A DNA stretch of 64,000 nucleotides from Escherichia coli (lineage in GTDB: Bacteria; Pseudomonadota; Gammaproteobacteria; Enterobacterales; Enterobacteriaceae): the NCBI RefSeq assembly GCF_030013595.1, contig NZ_CP122768.1; one strand, 5' to 3'. Numbering within the stretch: the stretch's first letter is position 1; each line of letters begins with the position of its first letter. Shown here piece after piece: positions 1 through 12,549 of the stretch. A program made the translations under genes and the position numbers. The notes under the pieces were generated by a model, which was given only the letters and a program-made list of their open reading frames with translations, made no database searches and was not told where the DNA came from.

Positions 1-1108
1 CGCCCACATAACCAATCATCGACATTGACCAGTGCAGACTTACCTGATTACCTACCAACGCACCCGCGCCGATTCCAATATTAAATATCCCCGAGAATAG
101 CGCCATCGCGACGTCGGTGGCATCTGGTGCCAGCGCCAGCACTTTAACCTGCATACCAAGCCCGATGATCATCATCGCGATCCCCCAGAAAATACTTAGC
201 ACCCCGAGGTGTATTTCACTGTTCGCCGCAGGTAGCAGCAGTGCGAGGCACACCAGCAACAACGCAATCGCCGTACTCACCAACGCAGACGCATACTGAT
301 TACCCAGTTTCCCGAAAATCACGCTGCCAATAATGCCCGCACCACCGAGTAATAACAGTAATGCCGTGGCAAAGTTGGCGCTGAATCCCGCAATGTTTTG
401 CACAAAAGGCTCGATATAGCTGTATGCCGTGTAATGGGCGGTGACAACCACCACAGTTAACAAATAAATGCTCATTAATGCCGGGCGGCGGAACAATAGC
501 GGGAGGCTTTTCAATGAACCGGAATGCTCACTGGGCAGCAAGGGAAGTAACTTAATCAGGCACAAAAGGGTAATAAACGCCCCGATACCAATCGCGAAGA
601 AGGTCATTCGCCAGCCAAAATACTGCCCCACAATGCGCCCGAGAGGTAAACCTAATACCATTGCCAGTGCTGTACCGGTGGCAATTAAACTCAACGCCTG
701 CGCTCGCTTCCCGGCCGGAGCCATACGGATCGCCAGAGACGCCGTAATCGACCAGAAAATCGCATGTGCAAAAGCCACACCAATGCGACTGATCACCAGA
801 ACGGTAAAGCTCCACGACAAAAACGACAGTACGTGGCTGGCAATAAATACCACAAACAGGCAGATCAGTAATTTGCGCCGTTCAACCTGGCTGGTCATTA
901 ACATAAAAGGCAATGACATTAGCGCTACTACCCATGCGTAAATGGTCAACATAATGCCGACCTGAGCGGTTTGCATGTGAAAACTTTGCGCAATGTCAGA
1001 GAGCAGGCCAACTGGGACAAATTCGGTGGTGTTGAAGATGAAGGCGGCGACTGCCAGCGTAACGACCCGTAGCCACGCCACTTTGCGGGAAACAGTGTTT
1101 GTTGTCAT
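1..1108 (-). CDS. ydeA: Sugar efflux MFS transporter YdeA, 5' part (start codon at 1106-1108; 3' end lies outside the window)
   Basis: Reverse complement of 1081-1108 reads ATGACAACAAACACTGTTTCCCGCAAAG = MTTNTVSRK and continues as a long hydrophobic open frame to position 1; matches remembered YdeA N-terminus. Not in the ORF track because it has no in-window stop. Confidence 0.8.
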   Translation of the reverse strand, partial: MTTNTVSRKVAWLRVVTLAVAAFIFNTTEFVPVGLLSDIAQSFHMQTAQVGIMLTIYAWVVALMSLPFMLMTSQVERRKLLICLFVVFIASHVLSFLSWSFTVLVISRIGVAFAHAIFWSITASLAIRMAPAGKRAQALSLIATGTALAMVLGLPLGRIVGQYFGWRMTFFAIGIGAFITLLCLIKLLPLLPSEHSGSLKSLPLLFRRPALMSIYLLTVVVVTAHYTAYSYIEPFVQNIAGFSANFATALLLLLGGAGIIGSVIFGKLGNQYASALVSTAIALLLVCLALLLPAANSEIHLGVLSIFWGIAMMIIGLGMQVKVLALAPDATDVAMALFSGIFNIGIGAGALVGNQVSLHWSMSMIGYVG

Positions 1109-1257
1109 AACAGATTATCGGGTGAGTTGCGAAAAAGTGATGAAATGATCTTAAAACGGTTAATGATGTGAATACAATGCATTTGTGATCTGGATCGCGT
1201 TTTCCGTTTCTCTGACGCTGATTCTTTCACGCGTCAGAGAGTCGGTCACATCACGGT

Positions 1258-2373
1258 TTAATAACGTTCAGGGAGGTCTGGCGTTTTGGAGGTTGCGGGT
1301 ATAGGTGGTCTGACAGGGGAGCGAGGCCTGTTTTTCACCAGGTCTTCATGAGTAACTTTTGGCGGCGTTTCATTTTTTACAAAAAGTTTGAGGGTCTTGC
1401 ACGCCATATGTTTGATGATTTTATCATCACTTAATGATGCTGGCATCAACACGTCAATCAAATCACTTTCATTGGGATTCATAAATTGGTGATAGTGCAA
1501 TAACATATTGGCGAAAAATAAAAACAAGTCCTGAAAATGTGGAAAATCTTGTTCTGCTAAAATGGATAAAAAGCAGATGCAGACTTCGGGTAGTACATGT
1601 TTGTTAGAACCTAGTGAATCCATCAGACTTTGCAATAAATCCTCTTTTAATTCGCTGTCCGTTATGTCGAGAATAGCGGTGAGCAAGTTAGGTTCTTTAT
1701 TCCCGAACCATCTGTGAACCTCAGAGTTATTCCATAATCGGGGGAGTATGACAAAATTACCGCGAGAGATAAAATTCAGGACAAGCAAATCAAACAGGCG
1801 TAAGTAATCTGCAGCGGTATGGTGATCCGGATGCAGGGGTTCAATATGTGGCGTATGCGCTCTTTTGATAGGAACGCCAGGGTTGATCATTGGAAATTGT
1901 TCAATAAAATCATTCAGAAACAGAAAGAGTACACGCTCGACGCCGGTCTGAAATACGCGCCCCATAGTGACAGGCTTTGGGTTGGGAGCGCAAAAAATAT
2001 TAATTTCCCCATCATGGCGGAAATTATCTAAATAAATAGGGCTTAAATTTATTACTACCTGAAATTCAATATTTTCTTTGTGTCTTCCATTCCTGGCAGG
2101 ATAAGTGAGTTTAAATTGAACTTTTTCATTGTATAGCGTGTCGTTACCCCGGAAAGAGGTTCTCTGAATATATGATAAGTTATCAAGGTTATTAAATATC
2201 TTTTTTGTGGCTGAGCTGATGTTTAAAGACGTACGCCACTCTTCATCACATATTATTGTACTTAGCGAATCAATAAAATCCTTTAAAACTTCTTTTACCT
2301 GAGGTGCAATATTACGAACGGGAAAATCATCAGGAAGAGATATGTAATTGCTGATGCTTACTGGCGTAACCAT
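1258..2373 (-). CDS. yneK: Uncharacterized protein YneK (371 aa)
   Basis: 371-aa ORF in the position and orientation expected between ydeA and yneJ; visibly AT-rich. Confidence 0.7.
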   Translation of the reverse strand: MVTPVSISNYISLPDDFPVRNIAPQVKEVLKDFIDSLSTIICDEEWRTSLNISSATKKIFNNLDNLSYIQRTSFRGNDTLYNEKVQFKLTYPARNGRHKENIEFQVVINLSPIYLDNFRHDGEINIFCAPNPKPVTMGRVFQTGVERVLFLFLNDFIEQFPMINPGVPIKRAHTPHIEPLHPDHHTAADYLRLFDLLVLNFISRGNFVILPRLWNNSEVHRWFGNKEPNLLTAILDITDSELKEDLLQSLMDSLGSNKHVLPEVCICFLSILAEQDFPHFQDLFLFFANMLLHYHQFMNPNESDLIDVLMPASLSDDKIIKHMACKTLKLFVKNETPPKVTHEDLVKNRPRSPVRPPIPATSKTPDLPERY

Positions 2374-2456
2374 ATTTGCCCCATATAGTCATAAGTCATC
2401 GGAGCATCACTATATAGAGCATATTAGCCGCAAGAACTATCAAAAATAGCTCATTG

Positions 2457-3332
2457 CTAACTCTGTTTTGCCGAGTCAGACACATCCAGTAGTTGAATAA
2501 ATGCCTCAAGCGGACGCGTTTTTGCACCGCGACGCCAGACCAGCCATGTTGTTAACCAACGCCATTGCTCAGCTAACGGCCACGCTTCAACCTGGTGATG
2601 CCCCGGCATACTTTCCAGCATAGAGCGTGGAATAAGCGCAATGCCTGCTCCTGCGACCACACAGGCCAACATCCCGTGATACGACTCCATCTCGTGAATA
2701 GTTCCCGGAGCGGCACCGTCAGCATGAAACCAGCTCTCGAAGTGGCGACGATACGAACAATTGGCGCGGAAGGCATAAATGTTACTGCCATTAACCTGAC
2801 TGGCACGGGTTACTGGCGCATGTCCTTGTGGCGTGACAATCATCAGCTCCTCGCGGTACACCGGTATCCCGTCAATGGCAGTATGGTTAATGGGCCCATC
2901 AATAAACGCCGCATTCAGTTTTCCCTCCAGCACCCCTTCCAGCATAGTGCCGGAAGGGCCGGTGGAAAGTGAAAACTGAATTTTGGGATAACGACGGTTA
3001 AATTCCGCCAGCGTGGCCGGAATGCGCACTGCTGCGGTGCTTTCCAGCGAACCAAGAGAAAATAAACCTTGCGGCTCATCGCCAGCGACAACGCTCCGCG
3101 CTTCATCCACTAACGCGAGAATTTGTTGGCTATAGCGTAAAAAGTTATGCCCGGCAGGCGAGAGACGTAAACGCTGATTCTCGCGAATAAACAGATCAAC
3201 CCCCAGTTCTGTTTCCAGCTGGCGTAGACGGGTAGTGAGATTCGACGGCACGCGATGCACTTTTGCTGCAGCCTGGGTAATGCTGCCAGCTTCGGCAACC
3301 GCGTTGAACATCTCCAGTTGGGTCAGATCCAT
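2457..3332 (-). CDS. yneJ: LysR-family transcriptional regulator YneJ
   Basis: N-terminal LysR HTH ([40 protein letters not shown]); divergent from sad as in K-12. Confidence 0.85.
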   Translation of the reverse strand: MDLTQLEMFNAVAEAGSITQAAAKVHRVPSNLTTRLRQLETELGVDLFIRENQRLRLSPAGHNFLRYSQQILALVDEARSVVAGDEPQGLFSLGSLESTAAVRIPATLAEFNRRYPKIQFSLSTGPSGTMLEGVLEGKLNAAFIDGPINHTAIDGIPVYREELMIVTPQGHAPVTRASQVNGSNIYAFRANCSYRRHFESWFHADGAAPGTIHEMESYHGMLACVVAGAGIALIPRSMLESMPGHHQVEAWPLAEQWRWLTTWLVWRRGAKTRPLEAFIQLLDVSDSAKQS

Positions 3333-3432
3333 AATATTCTCGATTCGTGAATAAGTGGCTTAATATTATTCATTTTAAAGCAAGAGTAAATCTGCGTATC
3401 TTTTTACCATAACTCATAAAGGAGATACCCCG

Positions 3433-4821
3433 ATGACCATTACTCCGGCAACTCATGCAATTTCGATAAATCCTGCCACCGGTGAACAACTTTCTGTGCT
3501 GCCGTGGGCTGGCGCTGATGATATCGAAAACGCACTTCAGCTGGCGGCAGCAGGCTTTCGCGACTGGCGCGAGACAAATATAGATTATCGTGCTGAAAAA
3601 CTGCGTGATATCGGTAAGGCTCTGCGTGTCCGTAGCGAAGAAATGGCGCAAATGATCACCCGTGAAATGGGCAAACCAATCAACCAGGCGCGCGCTGAAG
3701 TGGCGAAATCGGCGAATTTGTGTGACTGGTATGCAGAACATGGTCCGGCAATGCTGAAGGCGGAACCTACGCTGGTGGAAAATCAGCAGGCAGTTATTGA
3801 GTATCGACCGTTGGGGACAATTCTGGCGATTATGCCGTGGAATTTTCCGTTATGGCAGGTGATGCGTGGCGCGGTTCCCATCATTCTTGCAGGTAACGGC
3901 TACTTACTTAAACATGCGCCGAATGTGATGGGCTGTGCACAGCTCATTGCCCAGGTGTTTAAAGATGCGGGTATCCCACAAGGCGTATATGGCTGGCTGA
4001 ATGCCGACAACGACGGCGTCAGTCAGATGATTAAAGACTCGCGCATTGCTGCTGTCACGGTGACCGGAAGTGTTCGTGCGGGAGCGGCTATTGGCGCACA
4101 GGCTGGAGCGGCACTGAAAAAATGCGTACTGGAACTGGGCGGTTCGGATCCATTTATTGTGCTTAACGATGCCGATCTGGAACTGGCGGTTAAAGCGGCG
4201 GTAGCCGGACGTTATCAGAATACCGGACAGGTATGTGCAGCGGCAAAACGCTTTATTATCGAAGAGGGAATTGCTTCTGCATTTACCGAACGTTTTGTGG
4301 CAGCTGCGGCAGCCTTGAAAATGGGCGATCCCCGTGACGAAGAGAACACTCTCGGACCAATGGCTCGTTTTGATTTACGTGATGAGCTGCATCATCAGGT
4401 GGAGAAAACCCTGGCGCAGGGTGCGCGTTTGTTACTGGGCGGGGAAAAGATGGCTGGGGCAGGTAACTACTATCCGCCAACGGTTCTGGCGAATGTTACC
4501 CCAGAAATGACCGCGTTTCGGGAAGAAATGTTTGGCCCCGTTGCGGCAATCACCATTGCGAAAGATGCAGAACATGCGCTGGAACTGGCTAATGATAGTG
4601 AGTTCGGCCTTTCAGCGACCATTTTCACCACCGACGAAACACGGGCCAGACAGATGGCGGCACGTCTGGAATGCGGTGGGGTGTTTATCAATGGTTATTG
4701 TGCCAGCGACGCGCGAGTGGCCTTTGGTGGCGTGAAAAAGAGTGGCTTTGGTCGTGAGCTTTCCCATTTCGGCTTACACGAATTCTGTAATATCCAGACA
4801 GTGTGGAAAGACCGGATCTGA
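3433..4821 (+). CDS. sad: NAD-dependent succinate-semialdehyde dehydrogenase Sad (YneI)
   Basis: 462-aa aldehyde dehydrogenase-family ORF (ELGGSDP, catalytic Cys region [10 protein letters not shown]); position matches K-12 sad. Confidence 0.9.
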   Translation: MTITPATHAISINPATGEQLSVLPWAGADDIENALQLAAAGFRDWRETNIDYRAEKLRDIGKALRVRSEEMAQMITREMGKPINQARAEVAKSANLCDWYAEHGPAMLKAEPTLVENQQAVIEYRPLGTILAIMPWNFPLWQVMRGAVPIILAGNGYLLKHAPNVMGCAQLIAQVFKDAGIPQGVYGWLNADNDGVSQMIKDSRIAAVTVTGSVRAGAAIGAQAGAALKKCVLELGGSDPFIVLNDADLELAVKAAVAGRYQNTGQVCAAAKRFIIEEGIASAFTERFVAAAAALKMGDPRDEENTLGPMARFDLRDELHHQVEKTLAQGARLLLGGEKMAGAGNYYPPTVLANVTPEMTAFREEMFGPVAAITIAKDAEHALELANDSEFGLSATIFTTDETRARQMAARLECGGVFINGYCASDARVAFGGVKKSGFGRELSHFGLHEFCNIQTVWKDRI

Positions 4822-4884
4822 CGCGACATATTCAGCTCTGATATACTCGCAGGTCTTTTCAGACCTGCGGTCCAGGAGTAGAAA

Positions 4885-5811
4885 GTGGCAGTCGCCATGG
4901 ATAATGCAATTTTAGAAAACATCTTGCGGCAAGTGCGGCCGCTCATTGGTCAGGGTAAAGTCGCGGATTATATTCCGGCGCTGGCTACAGTAGACGGTTC
5001 CCGATTGGGGATTGCTATCTGTACCGTTGACGGACAGCTTTTTCAGGCCGGAGACGCGCAAGAACGTTTTTCCATTCAGTCTATTTCCAAAGTGCTGAGT
5101 CTCGTTGTCGCCATGCGTCATTACTCCGAAGAGGAAATCTGGCAACGCGTCGGCAAAGATCCGTCTGGATCACCGTTCAATTCTTTAGTGCAACTGGAAA
5201 TGGAGCAGGGTATTCCGCGTAATCCGTTTATTAATGCCGGTGCGCTGGTGGTCTGCGATATGTTGCAAGGGCGATTAAGCGCTCCTCGGCAACGTATGCT
5301 GGAAGTCGTGCGCGGCTTAAGCGGTGTGTCTGATATTTCCTACGATACGGTGGTAGCGCGTTCCGAATTTGAACACTCCGCGCGAAATGCGGCTATCGCC
5401 TGGCTGATGAAGTCATTTGGCAATTTCCATCATGACGTGACAACCGTTCTGCAAAACTACTTTCATTACTGCGCTCTGAAAATGAGCTGTGTAGAGCTGG
5501 CCCGGACGTTTGTCTTTCTGGCTAATCAGGGGAAAGCTATTCATATTGATGAACCCGTGGTGACGCCGATGCAGGCGCGGCAAATTAATGCGCTGATGGC
5601 GACCAGTGGTATGTACCAGAACGCGGGGGAGTTTGCCTGGCGGGTGGGACTACCGGCAAAATCTGGCGTTGGTGGCGGTATTGTGGCGATTGTTCCGCAT
5701 GAAATGGCCATCGCAGTCTGGAGCCCGGAACTGGATGATGCCGGTAACTCGCTTGCGGGCATTGCTGCCCTTGAACAATTGACGAAACAATTAGGGCGTT
5801 CGGTTTATTAA
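4885..5811 (+). CDS. glsB: Glutaminase 2
   Basis: 308-aa ORF with serine-dependent glutaminase motifs (SISKV, GVGGGI); matches GlsB/YneH. Confidence 0.9.
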   Translation: MAVAMDNAILENILRQVRPLIGQGKVADYIPALATVDGSRLGIAICTVDGQLFQAGDAQERFSIQSISKVLSLVVAMRHYSEEEIWQRVGKDPSGSPFNSLVQLEMEQGIPRNPFINAGALVVCDMLQGRLSAPRQRMLEVVRGLSGVSDISYDTVVARSEFEHSARNAAIAWLMKSFGNFHHDVTTVLQNYFHYCALKMSCVELARTFVFLANQGKAIHIDEPVVTPMQARQINALMATSGMYQNAGEFAWRVGLPAKSGVGGGIVAIVPHEMAIAVWSPELDDAGNSLAGIAALEQLTKQLGRSVY

Positions 5812-6170
5812 TGCAGTCTCTCGATCCACTCTTCGCGCGTTTATCCCGTTCAAAATTTCGCTCTCGCTTTCGTTTGGGTGTGAAAGAGCGTCAGTATTGT
5901 CTGGAGAAAGGCGCGCCAGTCATCGAACAACATGCGGCGGATTTTGTCTCTAAACGTCTTGCTCCGGCATTACCGGCTAACGACGGTAAGCAAACCCCCA
6001 TGCGCGGGCATCCGGTGTTTATCGCTCAGCACGCCACTGCAACCTGTTGTCGCGGTTGTCTGGCTAAGTGGCATAACATTCCGCAGGGTGTTTCGTTAAG
6101 CGAGGAACAACAACGTTATATCGTGGCGGTAATCTATCACTGGTTGGTTATACAGATGAATCAGCCATGA
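5811..6170 (+). CDS. yneG: Uncharacterized protein YneG (DUF4186-like)
   Basis: 119-aa ORF whose ATG overlaps the glsB stop (TAATG), conserved position downstream of glsB. Confidence 0.7.
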   Translation: MQSLDPLFARLSRSKFRSRFRLGVKERQYCLEKGAPVIEQHAADFVSKRLAPALPANDGKQTPMRGHPVFIAQHATATCCRGCLAKWHNIPQGVSLSEEQQRYIVAVIYHWLVIQMNQP

Positions 6171-6308
6171 TAATTGCGGAAAACGATAAAATAGCATTCC
6201 CAGGATATCTTTATTTGCCGCCGCTGTCAGCGAACATGCTATCCTTTATGAGAATTTACTTATTACGTTGAGATAATTGCCATCCGCAATTGTATGGACC
6301 GATAATTA

Positions 6309-7727
6309 ATGCATGTACAGCCCATTTCAACTTTCCGTTTGTTCCAGGAAGGTCATCTGCTACGTAATAGCATCGCTATTTTTGCGCTAACCACGCTGTT
6401 CTATTTTATTGGTGCAGAGTTACGGCTGGTTCACGAACTTTCTCTTTTCTGGCCGCTGAATGGCGTAATGGCGGGGGTGTTTGCCCGCTATGTCTGGCTT
6501 AATCGACTGCATTACTATGCGATCAGTTATGTGGCAATGCTGGTTTATGATGCCATAACCACCGAATGGGGGCTGGTTTCACTGGCTATCAATTTCTCCA
6601 ATATGATGTTTATTGTTACCGTCGCCTTACTGGTCGCGCGGGATAAGCGTCTGGGGAAAAATAAGTATGAGCCAGTAAGTGCCTTACGGCTATTTAATTA
6701 CTGTCTGATTGCCGCATTATTATGCGCTATTGTCGGGGCGATTGGTTCGGTCAGTATTGATAGTCTGGATTTCTGGCCTTTGCTTGCCGACTGGTTCAGT
6801 GAGCAATTCTCAACGGGCGTGTTGATCGTGCCTTGTATGCTGACGTTGGCAATTCCTGGAGTGCTGCCGCGCTTTAAAGCAGAACAGATGATGCCCGCTA
6901 TCGCGCTTATTGTGTCGGTTATTGCCTCGGTAGTCATTGGCGGAGCGGGGAGTCTGGCGTTCCCGCTGCCTGCATTAATCTGGTGTGCAGTGCGCTATAC
7001 GCCGCAGGTAACATGTCTGTTGACCTTTGTCACCGGTGCGGTGGAAATCGTACTGGTGGCAAATTCGGTGATTGATATCTCGGTCGGTTCGCCATTCTCC
7101 ATTCCAGAAATGTTCTCCGCACGTCTCGGTATTGCCACGATGGCGATATGCCCAATTATGGTTTCTTTTAGCGTGGCAGCGATCAATTCGCTAATGAAGC
7201 AAGTTGCGCTGCGAGCCGACTTTGATTTTCTGACTCAGGTTTACTCACGGTCCGGTCTTTATGAGGCGCTGAAAAGTCCATCGCTGAAACAGACACAACA
7301 TCTGACTGTCATGCTGCTTGATATCGACTATTTCAAAAGCATTAACGATAACTATGGACATGAATGTGGCGATAAAGTGTTAAGCGTGTTTGCCCAGCAT
7401 ATTCAGAAGATTGTCGGTGATAAGGGGCTGGTGGCGCGAATGGGCGGCGAAGAATTTGCTGTTGCAGTGCCGTCGGTGAATCCTGTCGATGGTCTGCTAA
7501 TGGCGGAAAAAATCCGTAAAGGCGTTGAACTGCAACCGTTCACCTGGCAACAAAAAACGCTTTATCTCACGGTAAGTATTGGCGTCGGTAGTGGTTGCGC
7601 ATCGTACCGAACGCTGACCGATGACTTTAATAAATTGATGGTCGAAGCCGATACATGTCTGTATCGCTCGAAGAAAGATGGGCGCAACCGTACCAGCACT
7701 ATGCGTTACGGTGAGGAAGTTGTCTGA
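6309..7727 (+). CDS. dgcF: Diguanylate cyclase DgcF/YneF (membrane MASE1-like N-terminus + GGDEF domain); start codon uncertain
   Basis: C-terminal GGDEF domain with RMGGEEF active-site motif; long hydrophobic N-terminal region. Confidence 0.8.
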   Translation: MHVQPISTFRLFQEGHLLRNSIAIFALTTLFYFIGAELRLVHELSLFWPLNGVMAGVFARYVWLNRLHYYAISYVAMLVYDAITTEWGLVSLAINFSNMMFIVTVALLVARDKRLGKNKYEPVSALRLFNYCLIAALLCAIVGAIGSVSIDSLDFWPLLADWFSEQFSTGVLIVPCMLTLAIPGVLPRFKAEQMMPAIALIVSVIASVVIGGAGSLAFPLPALIWCAVRYTPQVTCLLTFVTGAVEIVLVANSVIDISVGSPFSIPEMFSARLGIATMAICPIMVSFSVAAINSLMKQVALRADFDFLTQVYSRSGLYEALKSPSLKQTQHLTVMLLDIDYFKSINDNYGHECGDKVLSVFAQHIQKIVGDKGLVARMGGEEFAVAVPSVNPVDGLLMAEKIRKGVELQPFTWQQKTLYLTVSIGVGSGCASYRTLTDDFNKLMVEADTCLYRSKKDGRNRTSTMRYGEEVV

Positions 7728-7953
7728 CATCTTTATTCATTCACAGCGATTTAAATGCAATGTGTTCTACCACTTTATGTTCGAAGAAAAGGCGTATTTC
7801 CTCAATTAAACCATGATCCGCGCCACACTTTTCTCATAAAACTGCTTATTAATCATCAGGAGTTGATCAAAACAGGGGTTCGGCGTATTAAAGTTTGCTA
7901 ACCTGTCGCACCAATTTAAACAGGTTGTATGACTAATCAGAAGGGAACCCATT

Positions 7954-9405
7954 GTGAAAACACTAAATCGTCGCGATTTTCCCGGTGCACAGTATCCAGA
8001 ACGTATCATTCAGTTTGGTGAAGGTAACTTCCTGCGCGCCTTTGTTGACTGGCAAATCGATCTCCTGAATGAGCACACCGATCTGAATTCTGGCGTGGTC
8101 GTTGTTCGTCCGATTGAAACTTCATTCCCGCCGTCACTGAGCACGCAGGATGGTCTGTATACCACCATTATCCGTGGTCTGAACGAGAAGGGGGAAGCGG
8201 TCAGCGACGCGCGTCTGATTCGCTCTGTTAATCGTGAAATCAGCGTCTACAGTGAATACGATGAATTCCTGAAACTGGCGCACAACCCGGAAATGCGCTT
8301 TGTTTTCTCTAACACCACCGAAGCGGGTATCAGCTACCATGCGGGCGATAAATTCGATGACGCGCCAGCGGTAAGTTATCCGGCAAAACTGACCCGTCTG
8401 CTGTTCGAACGTTTTAGCCATTTCAACGGTGCGCTGGATAAAGGTTGGATCATCATCCCGTGTGAGTTGATCGACTACAATGGCGACGCGTTGCGTGAAC
8501 TGGTGCTGCGCTATGCGCAAGAGTGGGCACTGCCAGAAGCATTTATTCAATGGCTGGATCAGGCTAACAGCTTCTGTTCTACGCTGGTGGACCGTATCGT
8601 TACCGGTTATCCGCGCGATGAAGTGGCTAAACTGGAAGAAGAACTGGGTTATCACGATGGTTTCCTCGACACCGCTGAACACTTTTACCTGTTTGTGATT
8701 CAGGGGCCGAAATCCTTAGCGACTGAGCTGCGCCTGGACAAATATCCGCTCAACGTGCTGATTGTTGACGATATTAAACCGTATAAAGAACGCAAAGTGG
8801 CAATCCTCAACGGTGCGCACACCGCGCTGGTGCCGGTGGCGTTCCAGGCAGGGCTGGATACCGTAGGTGAAGCGATGAATGATGCTGAAATTTGCGCATT
8901 CGTTGAAAAAGCCATCTACGAAGAGATTATTCCGGTACTGGATTTGCCTCGTGATGAACTGGAATCTTTCGCCAGTGCAGTCACCGGACGTTTCCGTAAT
9001 CCGTACATCAAGCATCAGCTGCTGTCTATCGCGCTTAACGGTATGACCAAGTTCCGCACCCGTATCCTGCCGCAGCTGCTGGCAGGGCAGAAGGCAAACG
9101 GCGCACTTCCGGCGCGCCTTACTTTCGCATTAGCGGCATTGATTGCGTTTTATCGCGGTGAGCGTAACGGAGAAACATATCCGGTACAGGACGATGCACA
9201 CTGGCTGGAACGTTATAAGCAACTCTGGAGCCAGCATCGTGACCGTGTTATCGGTACCCAGGAACTGGTAGCGATTGTGTTGGCAGAAAAAGACCACTGG
9301 GAGCAGGACCTGACGCAAGTGCCTGGTCTGGTCGAGCAGGTGGCTAATGACCTGGATGTGATTCTCGAAAAAGGAATGCGCGAAGCTGTACGTCCGTTGT
9401 GCTAA
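7954..9405 (+). CDS. uxaB: Altronate oxidoreductase (tagaturonate reductase)
   Basis: 483-aa ORF, mannitol dehydrogenase-family; N-terminus [30 protein letters not shown] matches UxaB. Confidence 0.9.
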   Translation: MKTLNRRDFPGAQYPERIIQFGEGNFLRAFVDWQIDLLNEHTDLNSGVVVVRPIETSFPPSLSTQDGLYTTIIRGLNEKGEAVSDARLIRSVNREISVYSEYDEFLKLAHNPEMRFVFSNTTEAGISYHAGDKFDDAPAVSYPAKLTRLLFERFSHFNGALDKGWIIIPCELIDYNGDALRELVLRYAQEWALPEAFIQWLDQANSFCSTLVDRIVTGYPRDEVAKLEEELGYHDGFLDTAEHFYLFVIQGPKSLATELRLDKYPLNVLIVDDIKPYKERKVAILNGAHTALVPVAFQAGLDTVGEAMNDAEICAFVEKAIYEEIIPVLDLPRDELESFASAVTGRFRNPYIKHQLLSIALNGMTKFRTRILPQLLAGQKANGALPARLTFALAALIAFYRGERNGETYPVQDDAHWLERYKQLWSQHRDRVIGTQELVAIVLAEKDHWEQDLTQVPGLVEQVANDLDVILEKGMREAVRPLC

Positions 9406-9412
9406 TACTCTG

Positions 9413-9440
9413 AACCCGGTTTCGACCGGGTTTCTTATTT
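9413..9440 (+). terminator. Rho-independent terminator after uxaB
   Basis: Inverted repeat AACCCGGT-TTCG-ACCGGGTT followed by TCTTATTT, 8 nt after the uxaB stop. Confidence 0.7.
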
Positions 9441-9601
9441 CACTATATTAGTTACAACATCCTATGTGCCTTTATCATTAACGGGTGCCATATGCCACAC
9501 CTGTAAATGTTGTAAGCTTGTAGGTAATTTGTACGTAGCGTCTTGAGAATGTGATCGTAATCACGTTTAATAGGGCGACTTTTCCACGCCTGAAGATAAC
9601 C

Positions 9602-10516
9602 ATGATAGTTCGTCCACAACAACACTGGCTGCGCCGTATTTTTGTCTGGCATGGCTCAGTATTATCCAAGATATCCTCGCGCTTACTACTCAATTTTCTC
9701 TTTTCTATCGCTGTTATTTTCATGCTGCCCTGGTACACGCATCTGGGCATCAAATTCACCCTCGCACCGTTCAGCATTCTCGGTGTCGCCATCGCCATTT
9801 TTCTTGGTTTTCGTAATAATGCCGGGTACGCCCGTTACGTTGAAGCGCGAAAACTTTGGGGGCAGTTGATGATTGCCTCACGGTCGTTACTGCGGGAGGT
9901 AAAAACGACATTGCCGGATTCGGCAAGTGTAAGGGAGTTTGCACGGCTGCAAATCGCCTTCGCCCACTGTTTACGCATGACATTACGCAAACAACCACAG
10001 GCGGAAGTGCTGGCACATTATCTCAAGACTGAAGATCTTCAGCGTGTACTGGCTTCGAACTCTCCAGCTAACCGTATCTTGTTAATAATGGGGGAGTGGT
10101 TGGCGGTTCAGCGCCGCAATGGACAGCTTTCAGATATCCTGTTTATTAGCCTCAACGATCGGCTTAACGATATTTCAGCGGTTCTGGCAGGCTGCGAGCG
10201 CATTGCCTATACGCCAATTCCCTTTGCCTACACCCTGATTTTGCATCGTACCGTTTATCTGTTTTGTATCATGCTGCCGTTCGCGCTGGTCGTGGACCTG
10301 CATTACATGACGCCTTTTATCTCTGTGCTGATTTCCTACACTTTTATTTCGCTGGATTGTCTGGCGGAAGAACTGGAAGATCCCTTCGGTACTGAAAACA
10401 ATGATTTACCGCTGGATGCCATCTGCAACGCTATTGAAATTGACCTGTTACAGATGAACGATGAAGCAGAAATTCCGGCAAAAATTCTTCCCGATCGTCA
10501 TTACCAGCTGACGTAA
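9602..10516 (+). CDS. yneE: Bestrophin-family membrane protein YneE
   Basis: ORF track starts at 9551; the conserved start MIVRPQQHWLRRIF is the ATG at 9602. Multiple TM segments. Confidence 0.8.
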   Translation: MIVRPQQHWLRRIFVWHGSVLSKISSRLLLNFLFSIAVIFMLPWYTHLGIKFTLAPFSILGVAIAIFLGFRNNAGYARYVEARKLWGQLMIASRSLLREVKTTLPDSASVREFARLQIAFAHCLRMTLRKQPQAEVLAHYLKTEDLQRVLASNSPANRILLIMGEWLAVQRRNGQLSDILFISLNDRLNDISAVLAGCERIAYTPIPFAYTLILHRTVYLFCIMLPFALVVDLHYMTPFISVLISYTFISLDCLAEELEDPFGTENNDLPLDAICNAIEIDLLQMNDEAEIPAKILPDRHYQLT

Positions 10517-10519
10517 GAT

Positions 10520-11278
10520 TTACTCCGTACGCCGGGCAACAATAAACAGACGCGGAAATGCCAGCAGTATCTGTCCGTTCTCTTGCAGTGGATACTGCTC
10601 TTCCAGCATCTGATGGTAGCGCGTAAGAAAATGCTGCTGTTCGCTCTCGGTCAGATCCTGTAACCACGGACGTAATCCAGTGGCGGTCACCCAATCGATA
10701 ATCGCCTGGTGCGACGGCATCTGGTGATAGTAAGTGGTTCGCCAGATATCGACCTCACATCCGGCTTCGCTCAAAATATCGTAGTAAGCATGAACGCCAG
10801 CCAGCGGCTCACGCCCGCGATCCGGATAATTTTGTTCCCAGGCGACTTCGCGCATGAGCACATGGGTTGGCTCTAGCCAGTTATCTGGCATCTGTACTGC
10901 CAACACACCATGCGAATTAAGTAAAGAAACCAGATGAGGGAACAATTCGTAGTGGTCGGGCAGCCATTGCAGTGAGGCATTAGCAAAAATCAGATCGAGT
11001 GCCTGTTCCGGTTGCCAGTTGCGGATGTCTGCTTCCACGAACTGGCAGTCTGGCAAAGCACTGCGCGCTTCAGCAATCATCGCCGGAGACGAGTCGATGC
11101 CTGTTATCCTGGCCGCAGGCCAACGTTGATGCAGCAGGGCGGTGCTGTTACCTGGGCCACAGCCAAGATCGGCAACGTATTCGATATTCTCCAGCGGCAC
11201 TCTGGCAAGCAGCTCCACCGCCGGACGCGATCGTTCAGCGGCAAAGTGCAGATATAAAGAGGGGTTCCAGTCAGACAT
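10520..11278 (-). CDS. tam: Trans-aconitate 2-methyltransferase
   Basis: 252-aa SAM-dependent methyltransferase ([10 protein letters not shown] motif), convergent with yneE; matches Tam. Confidence 0.9.
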   Translation of the reverse strand: MSDWNPSLYLHFAAERSRPAVELLARVPLENIEYVADLGCGPGNSTALLHQRWPAARITGIDSSPAMIAEARSALPDCQFVEADIRNWQPEQALDLIFANASLQWLPDHYELFPHLVSLLNSHGVLAVQMPDNWLEPTHVLMREVAWEQNYPDRGREPLAGVHAYYDILSEAGCEVDIWRTTYYHQMPSHQAIIDWVTATGLRPWLQDLTESEQQHFLTRYHQMLEEQYPLQENGQILLAFPRLFIVARRTE

Positions 11279-11334
11279 TTTTTTACTCCCGTCAGCGCGT
11301 TACCCCAATTGTAGATAAAATTGATAAATTCGCC

Positions 11335-11625
11335 TCACGGCATCAACCCATTGAACAGACGTTTTTTACGCGGCCCGGTCATTAAAGATTCCAGTTTCGC
11401 GACACAGGTTTTGTAGTGGGGCGTGGTTTTATGGAACGCCACTGCGTCTTCATCTTTATAGGCTTCGTAGATATAAAAGCGCGAATTCACTTCCGGGTCC
11501 TGTAAGACATCGAAGCGCAAATTGCCTTCTTCCTGTACCGAGCCCAGGTGGTTCTGGCGAAAAACTTCGATAAACTCGTCAACCTTGTCTTCATGAACGT
11601 TAATTTCAACCAGTGTGACGTGCAT
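11335..11625 (-). CDS. lsrG: (4S)-4-hydroxy-5-phosphonooxypentane-2,3-dione isomerase LsrG
   Basis: ABM-fold protein starting [10 protein letters not shown] (track ORF extends 12 codons upstream); last gene of the lsr operon. Confidence 0.85.
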   Translation of the reverse strand: MHVTLVEINVHEDKVDEFIEVFRQNHLGSVQEEGNLRFDVLQDPEVNSRFYIYEAYKDEDAVAFHKTTPHYKTCVAKLESLMTGPRKKRLFNGLMP

Positions 11626-11647
11626 GTTTCTTCTCCTTAATCCGCAG

Positions 11648-12523
11648 TTACTGTTTTTCACTCAGATAGAGTTCATATGCCCGATCAGCCGTTTCGTTAT
11701 GGTGTACTACCGCCTGTACGGCTTTCATCATCGCCACCGGATGGTCAGACTGGAAAATATTACGCCCCATATCCACACCAGAAGCGCCCTGATCGATAGC
11801 CTGCCAGCACATTTCCAGCGCCTCGCGCTCCGGTAATTTTTTACCGCCAGCAATAACAATGGGTACCGGACATCCGGCAACAATCCGTTCAAAACCTTTT
11901 TCGACATAATAGGTTTTGATAATCTGCGCCCCCATTTCAGCGGCGATTCGAGTCGCGAGCGAGAAATAACGCTGATCGCGCACCATATCTTTGCCCACGC
12001 CAGTCACGGCCATGGTCGGCATTCCCACTTTCATTCCGGCATCGACCAGCTGAATAATATTTTTGATCGACTGATGTTCATATTCGCTGCCGATATAAAC
12101 CTGCGCCGCCACCGCGCAACTGTTCAGGCGCACGGCATCATCCATCGATAACGCCACGGCTTCATTACTTAATTCCGCCAGAATAGAGTTCGCACCTGAC
12201 GCCCGCAGTACCACCGGTTTATTGGTCGCAGGGGGGACTACGCTGCGCAAAATGCCGCGCGTACACATTAATACATCGGCATGTTCAAACAGCGGGGCGA
12301 TATTTATATCAATGCGTTCAAGTCCGGTAGTCGGCCCCTGAAAATAACCATGGTCAAAGGCCAGCATCACGGTTTTACCCGTTTTCGGATTAAATATCCG
12401 TGATAAGCGTGACTGCATTCCCCAATCCAGCGCACCGCAACCTTTCAGGGTAAAAGGGATATTTTGTTGCGGTTGATCGGTACGAAAATCTTTACCATCT
12501 TTAATATCGTCTAAATCTGCCAT
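11648..12523 (-). CDS. lsrF: 3-hydroxy-5-phosphonooxypentane-2,4-dione thiolase LsrF
   Basis: 291-aa aldolase-like ORF in lsr operon position. Confidence 0.9.
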   Translation of the reverse strand: MADLDDIKDGKDFRTDQPQQNIPFTLKGCGALDWGMQSRLSRIFNPKTGKTVMLAFDHGYFQGPTTGLERIDINIAPLFEHADVLMCTRGILRSVVPPATNKPVVLRASGANSILAELSNEAVALSMDDAVRLNSCAVAAQVYIGSEYEHQSIKNIIQLVDAGMKVGMPTMAVTGVGKDMVRDQRYFSLATRIAAEMGAQIIKTYYVEKGFERIVAGCPVPIVIAGGKKLPEREALEMCWQAIDQGASGVDMGRNIFQSDHPVAMMKAVQAVVHHNETADRAYELYLSEKQ

Positions 12524-12549
12524 AACGTACTCCGGTTAAGTAATGCACA

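Noticed and set aside
468-941. 157-aa plus-strand ORF (and 117-299) at the start of the window
   Set aside because: Lies antisense within the ydeA coding region, whose minus-strand frame is open across it and matches the known YdeA sequence; treated as a spurious antisense ORF.
1258-2373. AT-rich yneK as a possible foreign insertion
   Set aside because: yneK occupies the same position in the K-12 backbone; low GC alone is not evidence of a strain-specific element here.
8134-8682. 182-aa minus-strand ORF inside uxaB, and similar internal or antisense ORFs in lsr genes, lsrK, the autotransporter, ydeP and the usher
   Set aside because: Each overlaps a longer, well-supported gene on the opposite strand or in another frame; no independent motif or ribosome-binding context was seen.
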